Source: Candidatus Iainarchaeum sp. (lineage in GTDB: Archaea; Iainarchaeota; Iainarchaeia; Iainarchaeales; JAZDEL01). Taken from it: a stretch of 32,000 nucleotides of DNA. The stretch lies in contig JAZDEL010000004.1 of the NCBI GenBank assembly GCA_043808785.1, positions 60,001 to 92,000 on the forward strand. The letters run 5' to 3'. The position numbers and the translations under genes were made by a program. This document shows positions 6,678 through 15,100 of this stretch, piece by piece. Below the pieces are notes generated by a model, which made no database searches, was not told where the DNA came from, and worked only from the letters and a program-made list of their open reading frames with translations. Position 1 is the stretch's first letter. Every line of letters begins with the position of its first letter.

Positions 6678-9574
6678 TGGTCTCCGCAAAATCACTCGGC
6701 ACAGGCGGCACTCCGCTAAAGCTTGCGGAATTGATTTCAAAAATGGCGAACAAAGAGTGGAAAGAAGGGACTCTCATCGAAAAGGTCTCGCCCATAACTG
6801 CGGATTTGCTGCGCTTTTGGGCGCCTGACGGAAGTTTCGCGGATTCGAGGAATTTTAATTTTCACGAAGGTCAGTGGCAGGCAATACTGAACGCTATTTA
6901 CACCCACGAGATTCTGAAAATAAAAGATGTGCACGATTTGTACATGTCTGTTCGCCCCGAATTGCTTGCGGAAATGGATTTGCTTGATTTGAAAAAGGAC
7001 AAATACGGCCATCCGAAGTATTGCATCAAAATGGCTACGGGAACGGGGAAGACTTGGGTCATGTCCGCGCTCCTGATTTGGCAATACCTGAATTCGAAAT
7101 ATGAAGAAACGCCCTCGGGCAGGTTCTCGAAAAACTTTTTGCTTGTCGCGCCGGGCATAATCGTTTATGAACGGCTGCTGGATGCCTATCTGGGGAAAAG
7201 AAGGGAAGACAGTTCAAGGGACTTCGAAGAATCCGACTTTAAGAAATTTGAATCGTTGTTTATTCCGCCAGCATACAACGATGAACTTTTCGGGTTTATC
7301 CAGTCTTGTGTCGCCCAAAAAGATGAAATCGGCAGAAAAGTAACTGGTGACGGATTAATCGCAATTACAAACTGGCACCTGCTTGCAGGTGAGGAAGAAG
7401 ATGGCGAAACAGGGAGCCCGCTTGATAACCCTTCCTTGAGCCTGAAGAAATTGCTGCCGATAACCCCGGGCACTTCGGCAGGCCATTCATTGGAAGAGCT
7501 TGACAATCAATACTTGCGCGGCAGGGAACTCGAGTTTTTGGCAGACTTATCTGATTTGGTTGTGTTCAACGATGAAGCACACCACTTAGGGGAATTCAAG
7601 AAAGCGGAAGAAACACTGGAGAAGAAATGGCAGGAAGCGCTGGATGAGATTTCAGAAAACAAGAAGGGCAAATTCATTCAGGTAGATTTTTCGGCAACCC
7701 CTTATACGGTGACAGGTTCGGGCCAGAAAAGGACAAGGCACTTTTTTCCGCACATAATAACAAACTTTGAGATAATAACCGCGATAAAGAGCGGTCTAGT
7801 CAAGACCGTGGTAATTGACAAACGAAAAGAGATTGCCACACTCCCTTTGGAATTCAAGGCGGAAAGGGACGGCAAAACAATCAGCCTGTCGGAAGGGCAA
7901 AGAGCGATGCTCAGGGCGGGGCTGACCAAATTAAGAATTCTTGAGGAGGGGTTTGTAAAATTTGATGCCCGCAAGAATCCGAAAATGCTTATTATTTGCG
8001 AGGATACGACAGTTGTCCCGTTAGTAAACCAATTTTTGAGGCAAGAAGGCTTGTCAGAAGAAGAGATAATGGAAATCCACTCGAACAAAAAGGGGGAAAT
8101 AGGGCAGGGCGAATGGGAAAAAATCAAGCAAAGGCTTTTCAGCATCGACAAGGGCAAAAACCCGAAAGTAATTCTTTCGGTGCTGATGCTGCGGGAGGGG
8201 TTTGATGTAAACAACATCTGCGTGATTGTTCCTCTGCGCTCCAGTTCCTCATACATTCTTTTGGAGCAGACTATCGGCAGGGGATTAAGGCTGATGTGGC
8301 GGGAAGCCGTGTATGAAGACAGTAAAAGAGAAAATCGCGAAAAATTATTAATCAAAAAAGAGGAGCCAGAACACTATCTGGATGTTCTGAGCATTATCGA
8401 ACACCCGGCATTTATTGAATTTTACGAAAAAGAATTAAGCGGGGCAATCGGGGAAACGAAAGTGTTGCCGAAGAAAGACCATGTTGTCGGAGACATAATC
8501 AGCGTAACATTGAAGGGAAATTACAAGGATTATGATTTTGCATGGCCGATAATAATTCACGACAAAGAGGAATATTTGCTGTCCGAGGAATTATCCCTCG
8601 GAAACCTGCAGCCGTTCCCGATAAAATTAGAGGATTTGCGACCATTAGTGCACAGAGAAGGGGACGTTTTTTATAGTGAGGAGCTCACGGTAAAAACGAA
8701 GTTCGGCGAATACACGGTGACCTCGGATATTTTCACGGCAAAAAGCTATAACTCGTTCATTCAAAAAATCGTGAACGCGGTCACTTCGGTCACGGTCAAA
8801 GTAAGCAAAAGGTCACCGAAAACATTCCCGATAATGCAGATAAACACCGCAATCGTCGCCAAACTGACCGATGACTACATAAGGCACAAGCTTTTCGGCG
8901 AGGAGTTCGACCCGCTCGAAAATAACAACTGGAGAATTCTGATACTCACACAGGAAAGAATAATCCAGCACATCGTGAAAAACCTGAGCCAGTCGATTTA
9001 TGATTTGCAGAATAAACTGGATGTGACCGAAGCGAAAATTGTGAAGAAATATTTCTCGGAGATAAACGAAATGAAAATACGGGAAACCTGCTCGCTGGAT
9101 GTTGCGAAAACAATTTACCCGAAAATCGCGTTCCCGTCGAACAAAGGCGGATTTGAAAAGGCATTCATAGAGTTTATCGATTCGGATTCAAAATTGAAAG
9201 CGTTTGTAAAAATAAACGAGCACTACCACGACTTTGCCAACGTCCTTTATATCAGGGAGGACGGCCTGCTGGCACATTACTTCCCGGACTTTATTGCCAG
9301 AATAGGCGACAAGGTTTACCTTGTCGAAACAAAAGCCGAGCGTGATTTAAGCAGCGTTAATGTAAAGCAAAAGAGGCTCGCCACTCTGGACTGGATTAGC
9401 AAAGTAAACGAGCTAAAGCCTGAAGACAGAATGGGCTGCACTTGGCACTATGTTCTTCTCGGCGAAAGCACCTTTTACGGCATGAGCGAAAAAGGCGCAA
9501 CTACGCAGGAAATTCTTGAATATGCGAAACTCTCAAAGGCAAAGGTTGAAGGAAAATTAGAGGCATTCTTTTAA
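6677..9574 (+). CDS. res: Type III restriction enzyme Res subunit (SF2 helicase + PD-(D/E)XK nuclease)
   Basis: Helicase motif I is MATGTGKTWV, II is FNDEAHHLG, III is FSATP and VI is QTIGRGLRL. The C-terminal nuclease motif is YFPDF...VYLVETKAE. The track starts the ORF at GTG 6668; I prefer the in-frame ATG at 6677 because of the TAATG overlap. Confidence 0.85.
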   Translation: MVSAKSLGTGGTPLKLAELISKMANKEWKEGTLIEKVSPITADLLRFWAPDGSFADSRNFNFHEGQWQAILNAIYTHEILKIKDVHDLYMSVRPELLAEMDLLDLKKDKYGHPKYCIKMATGTGKTWVMSALLIWQYLNSKYEETPSGRFSKNFLLVAPGIIVYERLLDAYLGKRREDSSRDFEESDFKKFESLFIPPAYNDELFGFIQSCVAQKDEIGRKVTGDGLIAITNWHLLAGEEEDGETGSPLDNPSLSLKKLLPITPGTSAGHSLEELDNQYLRGRELEFLADLSDLVVFNDEAHHLGEFKKAEETLEKKWQEALDEISENKKGKFIQVDFSATPYTVTGSGQKRTRHFFPHIITNFEIITAIKSGLVKTVVIDKRKEIATLPLEFKAERDGKTISLSEGQRAMLRAGLTKLRILEEGFVKFDARKNPKMLIICEDTTVVPLVNQFLRQEGLSEEEIMEIHSNKKGEIGQGEWEKIKQRLFSIDKGKNPKVILSVLMLREGFDVNNICVIVPLRSSSSYILLEQTIGRGLRLMWREAVYEDSKRENREKLLIKKEEPEHYLDVLSIIEHPAFIEFYEKELSGAIGETKVLPKKDHVVGDIISVTLKGNYKDYDFAWPIIIHDKEEYLLSEELSLGNLQPFPIKLEDLRPLVHREGDVFYSEELTVKTKFGEYTVTSDIFTAKSYNSFIQKIVNAVTSVTVKVSKRSPKTFPIMQINTAIVAKLTDDYIRHKLFGEEFDPLENNNWRILILTQERIIQHIVKNLSQSIYDLQNKLDVTEAKIVKKYFSEINEMKIRETCSLDVAKTIYPKIAFPSNKGGFEKAFIEFIDSDSKLKAFVKINEHYHDFANVLYIREDGLLAHYFPDFIARIGDKVYLVETKAERDLSSVNVKQKRLATLDWISKVNELKPEDRMGCTWHYVLLGESTFYGMSEKGATTQEILEYAKLSKAKVEGKLEAFF

Positions 9575-9642
9575 GCAGAAGAATAGGGCTCCGCACACCC
9601 ATAACAACAAAAACCCTGCGTGCGATAATTCTTTCTGATAAC

Positions 9643-11199
9643 ATGCCCGCTGCGGAAGTGAAGGAAGAAATAGAAATCAACTCCGATTTCAAATCCGCGC
9701 TCGAACTCATAGATGCGGGGCGCAATGTGTTCGTCACAGGCAGGGCGGGCACTGGGAAATCCACTTTCCTTCAGCATTTCATCGCAGGCACGAAAAAGAA
9801 GGCTGTAGTGCTCGCCCCCACAGGGGTTGCTGCTGTGAATGTCGGCGGGCAGACAATACATTCCTTTTTTGCGCTGGCTCCGGGGGTTACAGCAAAGGAA
9901 GCGGGGGAGGAGGCAAGGGGCAGGAAGAATATCGAACTCTTCAAAAAAACCGAGGCGTTCGTGATTGACGAGGTTTCCATGGTGCGCGCGGATTTGATGG
10001 ACTGCATCGATGTTTTCCTGAGAACAGCACTGCGCTCCGAAAAGCCGTTTGCTGGAAAGCAGATGGTTTTCATAGGCGACCTTTACCAGTTGCCGCCTGT
10101 GGTAACTGGCGAGGAGAAAAAGGCGTTCGGTACGCACAACAACGCGCATTACAAATCGCAGTATTTCTTCGACGCGGACGTCATGCAGGGGCTTGAATTC
10201 ACGCTCATAGAATTCGGGAAGGTTTACAGGCAGAGCGACAGGAAATTCATAGAACTGCTCAACAGGATACGGAACAAAACCGCGGATGAGCCGGACCTCA
10301 AAATTCTCAATTCGCGCGCATTAAGGGGCGCGGGGGAGGAGGATGGGTGCATCCATCTCGTGACAACAAACAGGATGGCGGACGATATAAATTTCAGAAG
10401 GCTCTCGAAAATCAGGGCGCAGGAATACGGGTTCAGGGGGTTTGTCGAGGGGAAGTTCGGCATGGACGCACTGCCCGCGGAACTCCTGCTCAGGCTAAAG
10501 GCAGGGGCACAGGTAATGTTCCTTGCGAACGATCAGATGAAAAGGTGGGTAAACGGAACCATAGGAACCATAACCGCAATCGAGGGGGAGAAAATACGGG
10601 CAAGGCTTGCGGGAGGGAAGGAAGTCGAGGTAACGCCGCATGTGTGGGAACTTTTCAGGTACAGGTACGACCATTTCGCGGGGGCGATAGAGAAGGAATC
10701 CGTAGGCGCATTCACGCAGATGCCTTTGCGCCTTGCATGGGCAATCACAATCCACAAGAGCCAGGGGAAAACTTTTGATAATGCCGTGATTGATGTGGGG
10801 AGAGGAACGTTCACGCACGGGCAGATGTATGTCGCACTGAGCAGGTGCAGGGCGCTTGAAGGGCTAAGAATAAAAACCCCGATAAGGATGGATGACATAA
10901 TGCTCGACTGGAGAATTGTGAAATTCCTCACGCGGTTTCAGTATGCGCAGGCGGAGAAGAACACGCCCGAAAAAAGGGAAATCCTGCACAGGGCGATAAA
11001 GAACGGGAGCAAACTGCGGATAGTTTACCTCAGGCCGAACGACGAAAAAAGCACGAGGGTAATAACGCCGTTGGCAATAAAACAGATGGAATATCTGGGG
11101 CACGAATTCGAGGGGCTGGAGGCTTACTGCCATACCAAGCGCGGAAGCGGGACGTTCAAGGTGGAAAGGATTCTGGAGATTGGGGAAGCGGGAGTCTGA
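9643..11199 (+). CDS. Pif1/RecD-like SF1B helicase with a C-terminal WYL-like domain
   Basis: 518 aa. Helicase motifs are GRAGTGKST (Walker A), VLAPTGVAA, FVIDEVSMV (Walker B), FIGDLYQLPPV, AITIHKSQGKTFD and YVALSRCR. The C-terminal ~65 aa, KLRIVYLRPNDEKSTRVITPLAI...GLEAYCHTKRGSGTFKVERILEI, fits the WYL pattern. Confidence 0.8.
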   Translation: MPAAEVKEEIEINSDFKSALELIDAGRNVFVTGRAGTGKSTFLQHFIAGTKKKAVVLAPTGVAAVNVGGQTIHSFFALAPGVTAKEAGEEARGRKNIELFKKTEAFVIDEVSMVRADLMDCIDVFLRTALRSEKPFAGKQMVFIGDLYQLPPVVTGEEKKAFGTHNNAHYKSQYFFDADVMQGLEFTLIEFGKVYRQSDRKFIELLNRIRNKTADEPDLKILNSRALRGAGEEDGCIHLVTTNRMADDINFRRLSKIRAQEYGFRGFVEGKFGMDALPAELLLRLKAGAQVMFLANDQMKRWVNGTIGTITAIEGEKIRARLAGGKEVEVTPHVWELFRYRYDHFAGAIEKESVGAFTQMPLRLAWAITIHKSQGKTFDNAVIDVGRGTFTHGQMYVALSRCRALEGLRIKTPIRMDDIMLDWRIVKFLTRFQYAQAEKNTPEKREILHRAIKNGSKLRIVYLRPNDEKSTRVITPLAIKQMEYLGHEFEGLEAYCHTKRGSGTFKVERILEIGEAGV

Positions 11200-11254
11200 G
11201 CACGCGCGGGGCAACGGTCATAAAATAATTTTATAAGGCGTTGCAGGCAGAAAT

Positions 11255-11860
11255 GTGCGTATTGGGGGCGGCGGCATGGGCGGCGATTGTTCGGATTACC
11301 CTGAAGATGACATGGAAATCATAGAACTCGGGGATTCCACAGGCGTTTTCATAAACGGCTTCTCCTCGCACATACAGGAAATCGAAAAATTCCTGAAAGA
11401 GGACGCCCTCAAGCAGGCGAAAGAGGGAATCAACAGGACTTTCTTGTGGATGTCAAGAAGCGGGAAGCGGATAATCGGCTACATCACGATATGCGCGGAT
11501 TCAATAAGCCTGGACAAGGTGCAGAAAGAGGAAATGATAAGGCGCGGCATAAACTACAAATCGCTTCCGGCACTGAAAATCGGCAGGATGGGGGTGCAGA
11601 AAGGATTCTGCAGGAGGGGCATCGGCACGAAAATGATTGCATTCGCGGTCAGGCGTGCGGTCATGGTGCACAAAATATCAGCCTGCAGGTTCATCACGCT
11701 TGACGCGAAAAACGAGGAGGAAATTCCAGAAAGCCTGAAGCCGATACATTTCTACAAGAGGATGGATTTTGAAATCCTGAAAACAAAGCAGAAGAGCAAA
11801 GTGGCGCACATGTACCGCGATTTGTTCGCGATTATCAGGGCGGAAGAAAACAAACATTAA
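11255..11860 (+). CDS. GNAT acetyltransferase, TacT/AtaT-like toxin-type
   Basis: 201 aa. FINGFSS...FLKEDALKQAKEGINRTFL resembles the N-terminal region of TacT-type toxins. ALKIGRMGVQKGFCRRGIGTKMIAFAVRRA contains the R/QxxGxG acetyl-CoA motif, followed by FITLDAKNEE...FYKRMDF. The start could be GTG 11255 or ATG 11276/11312. Confidence 0.6.
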   Translation: MRIGGGGMGGDCSDYPEDDMEIIELGDSTGVFINGFSSHIQEIEKFLKEDALKQAKEGINRTFLWMSRSGKRIIGYITICADSISLDKVQKEEMIRRGINYKSLPALKIGRMGVQKGFCRRGIGTKMIAFAVRRAVMVHKISACRFITLDAKNEEEIPESLKPIHFYKRMDFEILKTKQKSKVAHMYRDLFAIIRAEENKH

Positions 11861-12018
11861 GCCGAGGAAAACAACTTCTCGTTTTTGTGCATGACATCCA
11901 GGAGAATCCTGTCGGATTTGGTAAGCCTTGCTTCAGCTTCCTTTTTCTTCATCCTGTCCAGGAACCTTACTGCTTCGTCCCCTACAAGCGTCGGGGTTGC
12001 GCGTATGGGCTTTGCCAT
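11857..12018 (-). CDS. Small 53-aa protein (below the ORF-track cutoff), function unknown; possible antitoxin-like partner
   Basis: Manual minus-strand translation gives MAKPIRATPTLVGDEAVRFLDRMKKKEAEARLTKSDRILLDVMHKNEKLFSSA*. A GGTGAT RBS-like element (reverse complement of 12023..12028) lies just upstream of the ATG at 12018..12016. An AT-rich, TATA-like CTTTAAATAG (reverse complement of 12052..12061) lies ~35-45 nt upstream. The 3' end overlaps the GNAT gene by 4 nt, in convergent orientation. Confidence 0.35.
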   Translation of the reverse strand: MAKPIRATPTLVGDEAVRFLDRMKKKEAEARLTKSDRILLDVMHKNEKLFSSA

Positions 12019-12115
12019 GGAAATCACCTGAATTATTATTAGGATAAGGAACTATTTAAAGGGGTGACATTTGGCCCCACAATGGCAGGAAGGCTGCAAA
12101 CCCAAAACCTTAACC

Positions 12116-12146
12116 ATTAATATATAACTTATGATTTAAATAATTA
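12116..12146 (+). promoter_or_regulatory. TATA-like promoter elements of giant gene 1
   Basis: ATTAATATATAA (12116..12127) and GATTTAAATAATTA (12133..12146) form an AT-rich patch 40-70 nt upstream of ATG 12185. Confidence 0.35.
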
Positions 12147-12175
12147 CGATTGGGGATTAGTGGCTTTAACAGCAA

Positions 12176-15100
12176 GTGGTTCGCATGCCGAGGGACGACG
12201 AGGAAAAGCTGGAGTTCGGGGAAGAGGAGGATATCGGCGGGCCGGGGCTTGGGAGCGATGACGAATTTTCCGTGGCGGGGGATGAGGGGCTTGCGGGCGC
12301 GGGGGGCGCAGGCGGTGCCGGTGCAGGCGGGGGCACAGGCCTGCTCGGCGGAATCTACTCGAAAATAGAGGGCGCGTTCTTCGGAATCATGGATGCGCTG
12401 CAGAACCGCGGCATACCTGTCTATTCGGTAATTGAACCTTTGGAGAACCGCGGAATACCTTTTTTCCCCATGAGCATTGCGCTCGCGATTGTCGTGCTCT
12501 TCCTAGCATACGGCTTCTTTTTTGCACAGCCGCAGGAAGTAAGGCTGAACTTCACCATAATTGACGCGGCGGGGGAGCCGCTGGGCGGCGTGAGCGTGAA
12601 CATTGCCGGCGGCGGAATATCCGAAAGGGGCGTGTTCAAGGACCAGCAGGTGCTGATACTTAAAGGCGCGCATCTGGGGACGGAACTTGAAATAAAGGCC
12701 ACAAGGGCGGGCTATGCGGAATTCTCGAAAACCATGGTAGTGAGCGGAAGCGATAATGCGGTTTATGTGCAGATGAAAAAGGAAGCGGGCATAATAGTGG
12801 GGAAAATAAAACTTATAGACGCGGAAACCGACGACACCGTGGCGGCGGCGAACGTCACCGCGGAGTTCGCTGACGGGAGCACGGTGAACTGCAACTACGC
12901 GGGCAACGGCATTGTGGAATGCGCGGGCGTTGCCGAGGGGGAAAAGGCGCAATTGCACATAAGCACAAGCAATTACGAGGACAAGGATGCGGAAGTCGCG
13001 TTCTACGCGGACAGGGTGGACAGCATAAGCCTCGAGCCGAAGGGAGGGGCGAATGCGGGAACATCGAACCTTATTGTGAAGGTTACGGACGCGGACACAA
13101 AACTGCCGCTCAGCGGGGCGGGCATGCAGGTTTATGACGCGGCATCAAACGCGCTGATAAGCGAGGTTAAGTTTGACGCGGAATACGGCGAGGCAATTAC
13201 AAAGGGGACTTCGGTAAGGATTGTTGTCAGCGCGGACGGGTATGAAACTTACGATTCGGGCGCCGCAGCGGCGGGGGGTTCGGGCGCTTCAGGCTCTGGC
13301 ACTTCCGGCACGTCAGGCGGAACAAAAACAATGCGCAACGACGAGGAACCGTGGAATGTCGCGCTGCACAAGGGCGGAACAACCATGCACGTGACTGTGC
13401 AGGACGCCTCGGAAAGCGGGCTGCCGCTTTCGGGCGCGAAAGTTATGCTGTTCAATTCAAAGTCGGAACTATTGCAGGAATATGCGACAAAATTCGGCGG
13501 GGATGCGGAATTTGCAGGACTCGAGCCGCTGGCGGATTATTACGCTACGGCATACAAGGACGGCTATCTCCCCTCAAGAATCACGGCAAAGCCGAGCGAA
13601 AAAAAGGGCTACAAAATAGAGCTCGAGAAGGCCACAACCTCGAACTCCGGCCTGCTTGAAATTACGGCCGAGGATTCATTCGGAAATATAGGGAACGATA
13701 CACTGCTGAACATATATGAAATCGTGGGGGGGAAGAACCTGCCGCTCGGAATTGCGCAGCAGAGGTGCGATTATTTCGGAAAGGCGAACATAACAATTGC
13801 TGACGGGAAAACGGTTTATGTTTCCGCATCAAAGGGCGTTGAAAGCGGGGAGGGAACTGCAACAATAACCGCAAACTCGGCAAACCAGATAGCGATAAAA
13901 ATGAGGCGCCCCGCGGGGGTTGTCCTGCTTGTGCTGATGGAGGAAGGCACGGAAGTGAGCGACGGGAACGTGCTTGTGAAAACGGGGGCGGGGCAAACCC
14001 TGCTGAACGCACAGTACAAGACGGGGGGAATTGAATTTGTTGCGGGAACGAACAAATTCGTGAAACTCACATACACCTATCCCGACGGGAAAACGTTCAG
14101 GGAGGAGGTGAATGTTTCGGGAAAGGAGCGCGCGGAGGTGCAGGTCAGCAGGGAGGGCACGTCAGCATTCGCGCCAAAGCTGGAGTTTTTGGGGATTACC
14201 GATGCGTCCGGAAGGGAAGTGGAGGGCCTGGCAAAGGGCATGGATTATTACCTGAAATTCAGGCTTGAGATGCCGGAAGGGGAGTACAAGGGCGGAATGC
14301 ACGTGCGTTTGGGGGAGGATAGCGTGAAATATGCGGATTCCATGGATGCGGGAATAATAGGGTTCAGTGCTGTCGGCGCGGGGCACACGTACGGCAGGAC
14401 TTACTCGCCATTGCCCGAGCCGGGTTATGAGGGAATAGATTACATGAACAGGGGGCAAGAGGGCAAATACAACAAATGGCTTGAATTATATTTCAAGAGC
14501 GGCGGCTCGAAGAACGTAAAGGTCAGGGTTAAGGCAAAGGAGACCGCAACAAGCGATTCTATAGCCCTGCATTACAGGGCGTGGACCGAGGGCGGGGAGG
14601 GCGCATATTACAGGGAACCTGCTGATGAGGCGCTCGGGAATGAGAGGGCAAACAGTTTGCGCTCTTCCCTCTACGCGGAAACGAAAACCGCGGAGATAAA
14701 GATTTTCGACGAGTTCCCTAATTGCGAGAACGAACTCTGCACATCTTACAAATTCGTGAGGGAGGACGGCACGGAATATGAAACCGCGGATTTCAAGGCC
14801 GCGAAAGGCGGGCTGTACGCGCTTGAGATCGAGGTGAACCCCAGGGAGGCGGCAAACCTTGCAATAAAGGGCTCCACTGTGAAGGCAAGCCCGAAGATTG
14901 CTTTCCAGGGATATGCAATAAACAATTTCGCGGAATTCCCCGATACGAACAGCAGCGACACTTCGATAGAGGCAAAGGATATTGCGCTCACAAAGGACAA
15001 GGCAGTGAAGGTGAGGCTTTACTTCAAGGTTCTTGATATCGGGAACACGCACATAACCGTGCAGGCGCTCACGCAGAAAAGCGCGCTCACGGAGAATTTC

